From contig CBDCKN010000002.1 in the NCBI GenBank assembly GCA_965218295.1, positions 30,890-94,889 on the forward strand: 64,000 nt of DNA. The letters run 5' to 3'. The notes under the pieces were generated by a model. It worked only from the letters and a program-made list of their open reading frames with translations, was not told where the DNA came from and ran no database searches. The position numbers and the translations under genes were made by a program. Position 1 is the first letter of the stretch; every line of letters starts with the position of its first letter. Source of the DNA: Longimicrobiales bacterium. GTDB taxonomy: Bacteria > Gemmatimonadota > Gemmatimonadetes > Longimicrobiales > Gaopeijiaceae. This document shows positions 39,890 through 49,364 of this stretch, piece by piece.

Positions 39890-40483
39890 TCAGCGGACCC
39901 CGTGGATGAGTCCCGTGACGGGAATCATCACCATGATCTCGGCCACCGCCTCGGGGACCAGGGCCCGCCAGTCGTCTCCTCCGCGCCACCTTCTTCGGAC
40001 CTCCGTTCCCGAGACGGTGTTGATTCCCTCCCTGGCCAGGTCCACCACCGGGTAGCCGGCCGCCCTGAGCCGCCGGATCTTCGTCACGCCCCAGGGCGAG
40101 AGCACCCGGAGAAAGTGCGTGACGCCGGTGGGAACGTAGTGGGCCCACAGGTGCGAGTCGTGGATGGGAAAGGGGACGATGGTGAACCGGCCGGCATCCA
40201 CCCCGGCCTCCACCAGCGAACGCTGCACCATGAGGCAGCGCACATGGTAGGGGAACGGGTTGGCCGCCGGATCGCTTCGGTGCGGATCGTCCGCCTCGAA
40301 GCGGGTGCGGAGAGGATCCGGGTTCGTGAGCCCGACGAGAAGCTGCTGGCAGCGGCGGGCCGCCTCCAGCACGTACTCCAGGTGTCCCAGATGGAAGGGC
40401 TGGAACCGGCCGTGGACCATCCCCTCGGGGACGATGGAGCCGTCGGGCGTTGGGGGAGGCAGGGTGGGCCCGAGTAGGAACAC
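39890..40483 (-). CDS. HxGH cytidylyl/adenylyltransferase family (NadM-like)
   Basis: Motifs GRFQPFHLGH, ANPFPY, SGTEVR; start uncertain. Confidence 0.85.
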   Translation of the reverse strand: MFLLGPTLPPPTPDGSIVPEGMVHGRFQPFHLGHLEYVLEAARRCQQLLVGLTNPDPLRTRFEADDPHRSDPAANPFPYHVRCLMVQRSLVEAGVDAGRFTIVPFPIHDSHLWAHYVPTGVTHFLRVLSPWGVTKIRRLRAAGYPVVDLAREGINTVSGTEVRRRWRGGDDWRALVPEAVAEIMVMIPVTGLIHGVR

Positions 40484-40484
40484 A

Positions 40485-40817
40485 CTAATCCCCCTCTACC
40501 AGGCCGCAGCCACCCGGTCCGTGGCCACCCCGCACGGGCACCAGGGGGAGCACGATGCGGGACGGGCGCTCCGCATCGTGATAGATCCGCGTGGTCGCCC
40601 GCCGCATCGCCGTCGTGGTGTCCGAGCTCACCCCGGTGTTCAGGTTCCGGGCGAACGGCGGGAAGTTGCTCCTCGTCACCTCCACCTGGATCCGACTCCC
40701 CGCCGCGAAGTACCTGCTCACTGGATACAGCACCACCCTCAGCTCGTAGATCTCCCCCGGCTCAGCAGGGCGCCCCGCCAGAGCCTCGCAAGCTTCTACC
40801 GCCACGTTCAACTTCAT
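40485..40817 (-). pseudogene. CocE/NonD-family hydrolase with a large internal deletion
   Basis: A short N-terminus is fused to the C-terminal PGEIYELRV...GSRIQVEVTRSNFPPFARNLNTG...SRIVLP segment; the catalytic domain is missing. Confidence 0.75.
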
Positions 40818-40831
40818 GTCGGGAGCCTCCT

Positions 40832-42067
40832 CTAGCCCCTGAACTTGAGCCCTAGGGTCTCGGCGATGGTGGTGCGCTGGATCTCGTCGGACCCGCCGGG
40901 CACGCGCAGGTTGCGGGCGATCAGGAAGAGCTTGTTCACCGGGCTGGCCTTCATCATCCCCGCCCCTCCGTGGATCTGGACGGCCCGGTCGGCGATCCGG
41001 TAGAACGCTTCATCGTTCGACAGCTTCACCAGGCAGACCCTCCGGATGTCCTCCGGCGACCGGGCCTTCCACCACGGTCCCGGGTCGTCCAGCTCCCTGG
41101 CGCAGGAGAGGGAGAGGGCTCGAGCCTGGTACCAGTCCAGGTACATGTCGGCGATCATCCACTGGATCCCCTGCCGGCTGCCCAGAGGACGGCCTCCGAT
41201 CTCCCGGGTCCTTGCCCGCTCCAGGGACCGGTCGATGAGGTAGGCGCCCCATCCGGCGCACATCCCGCCTCGGCGCATCCTCGTCCAGTTGATGGAGGTC
41301 ATGGCGATCTCGAACCCCTGACCTCGCTCCCCCAGCATGTGCTCGTCGGAGAGCTCGAGGTCCTCCATGAAGAACTCCCCGGTAAGCCCGTCGTCGAACA
41401 TGGTCTGGTACACGCGGCCGGGGCGGAAGCCCCTGCCCAGGAACTCCTTCGTCCTGAACTGGAAGTAGGTGAACCGGCGGCGGCGCTCGTTCGGATCCGT
41501 GACCACCAGCACCTGGGCGATGTCCGCCTCGAAGACATTGGTGATGAACGCCTTGTGCCCGTTCAGGATCCACTTGCCGTCCCTCCGCACGGCATCGGCC
41601 CTGAAGTCGAAGAAGTTGGATCCCGCCTGGGGCTCCGTCACCCCGTGGAGGCTCGTGCACTCACCGCGGACCAGGGGATCGACGTACTCCTCCCACTGCT
41701 CCGGACGGGAGAAGATGACGCGCGGCGCGGCTCCCTCGGACCAGGAGAGAATGGCGGGGTTCAGGCCCACGCCGTACCGGTAAACGTGCTCCTCCACCTC
41801 CAGCATGTCGGCGCGCCCGAGCCCCCCGCCACCGATCTCTTCGGGGAGGTGGAGGCTGTAGATTCCCGCCTTCCCGGCGGCCCGCATGATCTCCCGCCGC
41901 GCCTCGGAGATCTCCGGGTGGCGCCTCCCCTGCTCGTCCAGGTAGAGTCGGCTGTCCTGGAAGCGGTGGGCCAGCCGCTCCTCCAGCGGCCGTACCGTCT
42001 CCTCGTACAGGCGGTCGATTTTCTCGTGGATTGCGTTCAGGTGATCCGATCTGTCGTGTAGGTCCAT
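40832..42067 (-). CDS. acyl-CoA dehydrogenase family protein
   Basis: Motifs LPEEIGGGG, TEPQAGS, LNGHKAFIT, DRAVQIHGGAG, GGSDEIQR; own GGAG+ATG at 42067. Confidence 0.92.
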   Translation of the reverse strand: MDLHDRSDHLNAIHEKIDRLYEETVRPLEERLAHRFQDSRLYLDEQGRRHPEISEARREIMRAAGKAGIYSLHLPEEIGGGGLGRADMLEVEEHVYRYGVGLNPAILSWSEGAAPRVIFSRPEQWEEYVDPLVRGECTSLHGVTEPQAGSNFFDFRADAVRRDGKWILNGHKAFITNVFEADIAQVLVVTDPNERRRRFTYFQFRTKEFLGRGFRPGRVYQTMFDDGLTGEFFMEDLELSDEHMLGERGQGFEIAMTSINWTRMRRGGMCAGWGAYLIDRSLERARTREIGGRPLGSRQGIQWMIADMYLDWYQARALSLSCARELDDPGPWWKARSPEDIRRVCLVKLSNDEAFYRIADRAVQIHGGAGMMKASPVNKLFLIARNLRVPGGSDEIQRTTIAETLGLKFRG

Positions 42068-43309
42068 GGTGACTCCCCGAAGGCTCGATTGAGCTGGCGA
42101 CCCGTCCACCGAAAGGAGCGGCAGGTCCGTCGACGTCGCGGCGGTGGAGATCCGCCCGTGCCGGCTCCCCAGGAAGCGCCCGCGGCCCGAGAGGTTGACC
42201 AGGACCGGAAGCAAGTCCTCGCCCCGGAGCGTCCCCAGCGACCCCCGGGCCGCGGCCCGTTCCCCGAACCGCTCCACGTCGTCGACTCGGGCGGAGGGTG
42301 CGGCGACCGCCAGGGGCACCGCGTCGCCCGAATGGAGTAGGGGGCCCCAGGTCGGTGTGGTATGGTCGGCGGTCACGGCCAGGACGAACTCCCCGGCCTC
42401 TTCTACCAGGGGGGCCATCGCCCGGTCGATCCCCTCGATGACGCGCATCTTCTCCACGGGATCGCCCCGGTGCGCCGCCTCGTCCGGGGCTTTCGTGTGC
42501 ACGTAGACGAACGCGTGCCCGTCCTTCACCAGCTCGAGGGCCTGCTCCACCTTCGCCGTCACCTCCGACTCGGGATCCGACTCGGGGACGTGGTGGTAGT
42601 CGGCCGCCACCACCACCGCCAACCCGCGGTACATCGGCACGCTGGAGACGATCGCTGCCGGACCTCCCACGTGGCCGTTCAGCGGCTCTACGGGCCCTCG
42701 ACGACCGATCCACTTCGTGACCAGCACGTTCAGGGGAAGCGATCCTTCCTGCCTCCTGCGCCGGTTCACCGGATGCTGGTCCAGCACCCGGTGGGAGTGC
42801 AGGAGATAACGGTTCAGCGCCGTGGCGGTCCTCTCGGCCGCCGCGGGGTCGGCGGCCTCCTCCCGAGCCTCGACGAGGAGGACCGGCCGGTCCGTCGAGA
42901 ACGGGTCGGAGTCGGTCACCTCGGCACTCCCACACCCGCCCAGGGTGAGGAGGGCATCTCCGCGCTCGATGGGCCGTATATGGAAGAGGATGCCGTGGAA
43001 GGCCAGCCGGTCCACCGCAGCCAGGAGCTCGCTCGCGTCCTCTTCCTCCGCCTCCCGGTACCGGCCCTGGAGACGCAGGTATCCCCCTTCGGGGCGCGCG
43101 CTCCGAAGCGCGGCGTATGCGCACACGGTCCCCAGCGGCACGTGGAGGCCCGCCCCCAGCGGGTAGACGATCCCGTTGGCACCCCGGGCCGCAACATCGT
43201 CGAGGGCGGGCGTGTGGGCGGCCTCCAGGGGCGTGGCGCCGCCCAGCTCCCGGCAGGGCCAGTCACCGAGGCCGTCCAGAAGGAAGAACAGGATCGGATA
43301 CCCGGTCAT
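42068..43309 (-). pseudogene. ApgM-like cofactor-independent phosphoglycerate mutase (AlkP superfamily), internally deleted, reading in frame into the ACAD
   Basis: LDGLGD, TPLEAAHTP, HTKAPDEAAH, TADHTTP and HSGDAVP are present; the segment with the phosphoacceptor Ser/Thr appears missing near 43154. Confidence 0.72.
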
Positions 43310-43313
43310 CGCC

Positions 43314-43525
43314 TCAGATGACCCCCCTGCGCTCCAGGTCGGCGAGCTCCCGGGCCGTGTAGCCCAGGAGACCTTCGTAGACTTCCTCGTTGTGCTCCCC
43401 GAGGGCGGGGGCGAGACGGCGCACCTCCCCCGGGCTCCGGCTCATCCTGGGAACGATTCCGGGCATCCTGAGCCTGCCTAGGACCGGATCCTCGATCTCC
43501 ACCAGCGATCCCCGCGCCGATGAGA
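43314..43525 (-). pseudogene. C-terminal remnant of a CaiB/BaiF class III CoA-transferase
   Basis: ARGSLVEIEDPVLG...APALGEHNEEVY...LERRGVI. Confidence 0.82.
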
Positions 43526-43606
43526 CTTGCTAGGTAGCTGCAACGGTGGCCTCCTCCAGGGGGGGTGTTACCCAAACTGTGCCGTAAGTCATTGTCCTGC
43601 AACAAG

Positions 43607-43690
43607 CGGAGGGGGCGGGATTCGAACCCGCGTGGGCTTGCGCCCGCCGGTTTTCAAGACCGGTGCATTGAGCCGCTCTGCCACCCCTCC
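43607..43690 (-). tRNA. tRNA-Ser (anticodon TGA)
   Basis: GGAGGGGTGGCAGAGCGG...CCGGTCTTGAAAACCGG...long variable arm...GGTTCGAATCCC...CCTCCG. Confidence 0.95.
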
Positions 43691-43773
43691 AGACAGCATC
43701 TGCCTGGCGAAAGCTCAGGCATTCACGGGCCTCGTGTAAAGAGGTCGCGCGTCCATGCGCTCCCGGAGCGCGA

Positions 43774-45510
43774 TCAGTGGCGGAAGAGGCGCTGACCCGT
43801 GAAGACCATGGCCATGCCGTGCTCGTTGGCAGCTTCGATGACCTCTTCGTCCCGGACCGAGCCCCCAGGCTGGACGATGGCGCGCACGCCCGCCTCGGCT
43901 GCCGCGTCGACGCCGTCCCGGAACGGGAAGAAGGCGTCGGAGGCCAGGACGGCACCCTGGAGATCGAGACCCGCGTCGGCTGCCTTCTGGACCGCGATAC
44001 GCGAGGAGTCTACCCGGCTCATCTGACCGGCGCCGATGCCCAGCGTGGCTCCACCGCTGGCGAAGAGGATCGCGTTGGACTTCACTCCGAAGACCGCCGC
44101 CCAAGCGAAGCGCAGATCATCCCACTCGGCTTCGTCGGGGTTGCGCTCGGTAGTGACGGACCAGTCCACCGAGCCCACACCATAAAAGGGCGGCGGCGGC
44201 GGGCTCTGGGCCAGCATTCCACCGTACACGCTCCGCAACGCCAGGCCCTCAGGCCGTCGTCCGTGCTCCGCCAGGAAGCGACCCGCCCTGCGAACCTCTT
44301 CGGGCGCTCTCTTCCACCAGTCCCCGTCGGGCTCGCCCTCTACCGGCTCGCCGATCCCGCCCGAGACGAGGAGCCGGAGGTTCTTCTTCCGCGTGAGAAC
44401 CTCGATGGCCTCATCTTCGAAACCCGGCGCCACGATGCACTCGATGAAGAGCCCGGACATGGCCTCGGCCGTCTCCTCATCGATTCGCCGGTTCACCGCA
44501 ATCACCGAGCCGAACGCGCTCACGGCGTCCGTGCGGAGGGCCCGCTCGTAGGCCTCGGCCAAGGTCCCCGCCACGGCCAGGCCGCAGGGCGTGGTGTGCT
44601 TGATGATGCAGACGGCTGGCCGCGGGGAATACGCGAAAGGCGCAAGCGACAGGAGTGCTCCGTCGAGATCGAGCAGGTTGTTGTACGAGAGCTCCTTCCC
44701 GTGCAGCTGCTGCAGGCCCGCCAGGCCATCTTGCTTACCGGACCACCGGTAGAAGGCGGCTTCCTGACCAGAGTTCTCCCCATACCGCAGTCCCTGGACT
44801 AGCTCGAGGTCGAGGGACAGAGAATCGGGCGGGCTCTCGTCGGAGTCGGCCGCTCCCTGGCCGGACTCGGGATCGTCGGACGCGGCCTTGAACCCCGCGT
44901 CCTCGGCGGCGCCGGCCCCCGCCTCCAGATACGCCGCCACCGCTGCGTCGTACTCGCTGATGTGACGGAAGACCTTTGCGGCGAGCTCGCGACGCAACTC
45001 CGCGTCTACCGCAGCGCCATCCCCCGTCGCTCCATCCGCCAGTGCGGTAAGCACACGGTCGTAGTCCGATGGGTCTACCACCACCAGCACGTCGGCGTGG
45101 CTCTTGGCCGCGGCCCGGATCATGGTGGGCCCGCCAATGTCCACCTTCTCCATGGCTTCACCCACCGGAACGTCCCCTCGGGCCACGGTCTCCCGGAACG
45201 GATAGAGATTCACGGCAACCAGGTCGATGGGGCCGTACCCGTGCTCCTTGAGCGACGCCATGTCGTCAAGCCGGTCGCGACGCGCCAAAAGGCCGGCGTG
45301 AATGGCCGGATGAAGCGTCTTCACCCGTCCGTCCATCATCTCCGGATGCCCGGTAACCTGGGTCACTTCGGTCACCGGCAGGCCGGCGTCTTGGATCAAA
45401 CGAGCCGTACCGCCGCTGGACAGGATCTCCCACCCGGCCTCCACCAGCGACGTGGCCAGAGCCTCTATGCCCGACTTGTCAGACACGCTCAGGAGCGCTC
45501 GTCGCTTCAT
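43774..45510 (-). CDS. purH: bifunctional AICAR transformylase / IMP cyclohydrolase
   Basis: Motifs [44 protein letters not shown]. Confidence 0.97.
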   Translation of the reverse strand: MKRRALLSVSDKSGIEALATSLVEAGWEILSSGGTARLIQDAGLPVTEVTQVTGHPEMMDGRVKTLHPAIHAGLLARRDRLDDMASLKEHGYGPIDLVAVNLYPFRETVARGDVPVGEAMEKVDIGGPTMIRAAAKSHADVLVVVDPSDYDRVLTALADGATGDGAAVDAELRRELAAKVFRHISEYDAAVAAYLEAGAGAAEDAGFKAASDDPESGQGAADSDESPPDSLSLDLELVQGLRYGENSGQEAAFYRWSGKQDGLAGLQQLHGKELSYNNLLDLDGALLSLAPFAYSPRPAVCIIKHTTPCGLAVAGTLAEAYERALRTDAVSAFGSVIAVNRRIDEETAEAMSGLFIECIVAPGFEDEAIEVLTRKKNLRLLVSGGIGEPVEGEPDGDWWKRAPEEVRRAGRFLAEHGRRPEGLALRSVYGGMLAQSPPPPPFYGVGSVDWSVTTERNPDEAEWDDLRFAWAAVFGVKSNAILFASGGATLGIGAGQMSRVDSSRIAVQKAADAGLDLQGAVLASDAFFPFRDGVDAAAEAGVRAIVQPGGSVRDEEVIEAANEHGMAMVFTGQRLFRH

Positions 45511-45526
45511 ATCTCGCTTGTCTCCC

Positions 45527-46201
45527 CTATCGGCTCGCGCCCTGTGTCTCGTTTCCGAATGCGGACTCGAAATCACTGGACGGGAGGGTGAACGGTCCCG
45601 GCTCCCTGCCCTCCGCCACCGCTCTGCATAGGTGATCGGTCACGGCCGGGTAGAGGCGGTGCTCCGCCACGAGGACCCTGGCAGCCACTCCCTTGGCATC
45701 ATCCTCGGGCAGGACCGGAACGGGCCACTGGGCCACGATCGTCCCGGTGTCGTACTCGTCGTCCACGAAGTGGACCGTGGCTCCCGTCACCTTGGCCCCC
45801 GCAGCCAGTACCGCCTGGTGGACTCGCTCTCCGTACATCCCCTTTCCGCCGAAGGCTGGAAGCAACGCCGGATGGATATTCAGGATACGTCGTGGATAGG
45901 CGGCCACGACGGCCGACGGCATGAGCCTGAGATACCCGGCCAAGGCGATGACCTTCACGTTCCGGTCGCGCAGGTGCCGGAGGGTCTCGTCCCCGATCTC
46001 CTCCTGAGAGCGATCCTGCATGGCGATCACCAGAGCGTCACGGCCCGCCGCCCTGGCTCGATCGAGTGCCCCGGCATCCGGGTGGTCGGAGATGACCGCC
46101 ACTACCCTGTAGGCTCCGCTCGCCTCCTCATGATCCAGGAGCGCCTGGAGATTCGTTCCCCCGCCCGACGCGAATACGGCAACGGGAACGGGGGGGGTCA
46201 C
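45527..46201 (-). CDS. purN: phosphoribosylglycinamide formyltransferase
   Basis: Motifs SGGGTNLQAL, LAGYLR, NIHPALLPAF, GATVHFV. Confidence 0.96.
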   Translation of the reverse strand: MTPPVPVAVFASGGGTNLQALLDHEEASGAYRVVAVISDHPDAGALDRARAAGRDALVIAMQDRSQEEIGDETLRHLRDRNVKVIALAGYLRLMPSAVVAAYPRRILNIHPALLPAFGGKGMYGERVHQAVLAAGAKVTGATVHFVDDEYDTGTIVAQWPVPVLPEDDAKGVAARVLVAEHRLYPAVTDHLCRAVAEGREPGPFTLPSSDFESAFGNETQGASR

Positions 46202-46848
46202 GCCAGCTCTCCTCCGTAGTGCGGGATCAGGAACGGGTTGCTCGTGCGCTCGTGGCCGACGCTAGTGGGTGGTCCGTGTCCAGTCAGGAGACGCGTCTCA
46301 TCGGACATGATCAGCACGTGGCGTCGAATGCTGTCGAAGAGGGCCTGGTAGTCACCGCCCGGAAGATCGGTCCTCCCCACCGAGCCCGCAAAGATCAGGT
46401 CTCCGACGATGGCGAGCTCATCCTCTTCGGCATGAAGGATCACATGTCCGGGCGAGTGCCCGGGCGTGTGAATGACCTTGAAGGCCGACTGACCGAACCG
46501 GAAGGTGTCCCCGTCGTGGAGCTCTCGCTCTGGGGGGCTCAGCTCGGGCGCCGTGAGGTCGAACATGGCCGCCTGAGCCTGCACACCGTCGAAAAGAGGG
46601 CGATCCTCAGGGTGCAGGTAGGTCGGCGCATCCGTGGACTCGCGAATGACGCCGAGGCCTTCCACGTGGTCGAGATGGGCATGGGTCAACAAGATGGCGG
46701 CTACCGGACCTCCCTCGGCTGCCACGGCAGCGACCATCTGGGGGGCAGCGGCACCGGGATCCACGATGACGGACTGTCCCGTGGCCTCACACCACGCGAC
46801 GTACCCGTTCTCGGCGAAATCCCCCGCTGTGAAAGCTTGAACACGCAT
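46198..46848 (-). CDS. MBL-fold metallo-hydrolase (glyoxalase II-like)
   Basis: Motifs THAHLDH, HTPGHSPG, GRTDLPGG, GHG. Confidence 0.92.
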   Translation of the reverse strand: MRVQAFTAGDFAENGYVAWCEATGQSVIVDPGAAAPQMVAAVAAEGGPVAAILLTHAHLDHVEGLGVIRESTDAPTYLHPEDRPLFDGVQAQAAMFDLTAPELSPPERELHDGDTFRFGQSAFKVIHTPGHSPGHVILHAEEDELAIVGDLIFAGSVGRTDLPGGDYQALFDSIRRHVLIMSDETRLLTGHGPPTSVGHERTSNPFLIPHYGGELA

Positions 46849-46973
46849 CTTGATCACCAATGGCCCGATCCGGGCCTCGACCGACGGTGCTTGGGCACGG
46901 GTCACGCCCAAAGAAGTGGCCCGTAGGGATCTCACCTACGAGCCAGGAAGTCGGTCGTTCTGTTCTTGGGACT

Positions 46974-47318
46974 TTAAGCGGTGAAAGAGCTGCCGCAGCC
47001 GCAGCCGCCGGTGGCATTCGGGTTCGTGAACGTGAAGCCGGATCCCATCATGCTGGTCACGTAGTCGATCTCGACGCCGTCCAGATACTGGACGCTGAAC
47101 GGGTCGACGAAGATCCTGACGCCCGACAGGTCGAGCACCTCGTCGTCGTCCTCCGGGGCATCCTCGATATTCAGGCCATACTGAAAGCCCGAGCACCCCC
47201 CAGGGAGAACCGCGACGCGGAGCCCCGCATCCCCCGATGCCCCCTGATCTTCTATGAACGTCTGGATCTTGCTCACCGCCGTGGGCGTGAGGGTCAAAAG
47301 GGTCTCGGTACTTTCCAT
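46974..47318 (-). CDS. erpA: A-type Fe-S carrier (ErpA/IscA, HesB family)
   Basis: Motifs GGCSGFQY and NPNATGGCGCGSSF; the erpA versus iscA label is uncertain. Confidence 0.88.
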   Translation of the reverse strand: MESTETLLTLTPTAVSKIQTFIEDQGASGDAGLRVAVLPGGCSGFQYGLNIEDAPEDDDEVLDLSGVRIFVDPFSVQYLDGVEIDYVTSMMGSGFTFTNPNATGGCGCGSSFTA

Positions 47319-47429
47319 ATGATTCTGTCTCCTGGGGCTCTCATACCCCCACCGCCTGCGAACGTTCTCAACCGCGGAGACCTACTTGCTTGAAGCTACC
47401 GGTAGGCCTAGGGGGGGTCAACGCCCGAG

Positions 47430-47981
47430 TCAGCCGTCGAGAATGAGCGTTGCGGCCGCCCGGAGATCGTCCACGACCGCTACACCTTCCGGCACCAGCG
47501 GCTCTTCGTCCACTCCGAAACCGGTCCTCACGAGGATTCCCTTCCCTCCCAGCTCCAGGGCCGGCCGTACGTCGGCGACCTTGTCCCCTATGTAGTACGA
47601 GTCCTCCAGGCTGAGCCCCAGTTCCTCTGCGGCGTCACGGTACATACCGGTGCCCGGCTTGTGACACCCGCAGGGCTCGCCGAAGTCGGGGTGATGAGGG
47701 CAGTACCGGGTGGCGTCTACGGGCCCGCCGGCGTTGCGCAGGAGCTCGTCGAGCCTCCTGGCCACGGCCCGGTAGTCTCCTTCCGTGTACAGTCCACGTG
47801 CGATCCCGGACTGGTTGGTCACGATCACGAGCACGTACCCCGTCTCGCGGAGCTCCTTGAGCGCCTCGGCAGCGTGGGGCACCAGGACCACCCCTTCCGG
47901 GTCGGCGAGGTACACCTTCTCTTCGATGAGGGTACCGTCCCGGTCGAGGAAGACCGCCGGGCGTCCCGTCCGGTCCCTCAC
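47430..47981 (-). CDS. gmhB: D-glycero-manno-heptose-1,7-bisphosphate phosphatase-like HAD
   Basis: Motifs FLDRDGT, VTNQSGIARG, CPHHP, CGCHKP, IGDK. Confidence 0.88.
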   Translation of the reverse strand: MRDRTGRPAVFLDRDGTLIEEKVYLADPEGVVLVPHAAEALKELRETGYVLVIVTNQSGIARGLYTEGDYRAVARRLDELLRNAGGPVDATRYCPHHPDFGEPCGCHKPGTGMYRDAAEELGLSLEDSYYIGDKVADVRPALELGGKGILVRTGFGVDEEPLVPEGVAVVDDLRAAATLILDG

Positions 47982-49363
47982 GACCGGGCGTGGTCGGAAA
48001 GGAGGCGAAGCACCTCGGAGTCCTGCCACTCGAGCACGGTCCGCAGGTCGATCCACAGTGCTCCGTCCTCGACACGGCCAACTAGCGGCGGGGACGCAGA
48101 CCGCAATGCCCCCGCCAGCCCGTCTGCCCCTTGTTCGCCCGGCTGGACCCGAATTCCATGGCTCGCCAGCTCGACGCCCGGGAACGTTCCGCCACCGACC
48201 ACGGAGGACGCCTCCACCACCTCGGCCTCGACCCCTTCGGCGGACAGCCCCTCGACGAGCGCTCTCGCTCGTTCTCGTAGCGTCTCCGGGTCGGCCGAGA
48301 GCATCGCCAGCGCGGGGATCTCACGGATCGCCCGATCCGCATCCCGGTAGAGGCGAAGGGTGGCCTCGAGGGCCATGAGGGTGGTCTTGCCAACCCGGAG
48401 GGCCCTGCAAAGCGGATTTCGCCGCATCCGGTCGATCCAGTCACTCTTTCCGAGTAGGATGCCCGCCTGGGGACCACCCAGGAGCTTGTCCCCCGAGAAG
48501 GCGACCAGGTCCACGCCGGCGGCTAGGCTCTCGGTGGGGCGGGGCTCGGGCGGCAGACCCAGGAGCCCGGCGTCGACCAGAAGGCCCGAGCCCAGGTCAT
48601 GGACCACCCCGATCCCCGTCTCTTTCCCGAGCTCCGTAAGATCCTGGAGCGTCGCCTCTTCGGTGAATCCCGTGATCCGGAAGTTGGAGCGGTGCACCTT
48701 CAGGATCAGGGCCGTATCGCCCTCGACCAGGGCCTCGTGGTAGTCCTGGAGGCGCGTACGGTTGGTGCTTCCAACTTCTCGCAGGAAGGCGCCCGAGCTC
48801 TCCATGATCTCGGGAATGCGAAAGCCTCCGCCGATCTCTATGAGCTCGCCCCTGGACACCAGGACACGCCGCCCGGCGGCCATCGTGCTGAGCGCCAGGA
48901 CGAGGGCCGCAGCCCCGTTGTTCACGACCAGGGCGCCTTCCGCCCCGGTCAGCTCCTGAAGTAGCGCAGCACAGTGGTCGTAGCGGGATCCTCTCCGACC
49001 GGCATCCAGGTCATACTCCAGGTTGGAGTATCCCCGTGCCCCTTGGATGGCCTCGAGGGCCGTCCGGGCCAGGGCTGCCCGTCCCAAGTTGGTGTGGAGG
49101 ACGACCCCCGTCCCGTTGATCACGGGCCGAAGGGAGGGTGTCGTGGCCGTCTCCAGGCGCCGTATCACGGCCTCGGCATAGAGACCGGGATCCTCCAGAT
49201 CCCCCGAATCCGCGCCGGCTCCGATGTCCCGCCGGACTCGATCGACCTCCTCGCGGAGGTGGCTCAGGACAAGCCCTCGCGGATGATCGTCCAGGATCTT
49301 CTCGAATGCGGGAGACTCCAGGATCTGCTCCACCGAGGGAATGCGACGTCGGGCGTCGGTCAC
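47978..49363 (-). CDS. selA: L-seryl-tRNA(Sec) selenium transferase
   Basis: Motifs VINGTGVVLHTNLGRA, SRGELIEIGGGFR, FSGDKLLGGPQAG. Confidence 0.95.
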   Translation of the reverse strand: MTDARRRIPSVEQILESPAFEKILDDHPRGLVLSHLREEVDRVRRDIGAGADSGDLEDPGLYAEAVIRRLETATTPSLRPVINGTGVVLHTNLGRAALARTALEAIQGARGYSNLEYDLDAGRRGSRYDHCAALLQELTGAEGALVVNNGAAALVLALSTMAAGRRVLVSRGELIEIGGGFRIPEIMESSGAFLREVGSTNRTRLQDYHEALVEGDTALILKVHRSNFRITGFTEEATLQDLTELGKETGIGVVHDLGSGLLVDAGLLGLPPEPRPTESLAAGVDLVAFSGDKLLGGPQAGILLGKSDWIDRMRRNPLCRALRVGKTTLMALEATLRLYRDADRAIREIPALAMLSADPETLRERARALVEGLSAEGVEAEVVEASSVVGGGTFPGVELASHGIRVQPGEQGADGLAGALRSASPPLVGRVEDGALWIDLRTVLEWQDSEVLRLLSDHARS

Positions 49364-49364
49364 G

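Noticed and set aside
46974..49363. Selenoprotein readthrough near selA
   Set aside because: The neighbouring HesB-family protein has ordinary Cys codons; I noticed no in-frame TGA with a SECIS-like hairpin.
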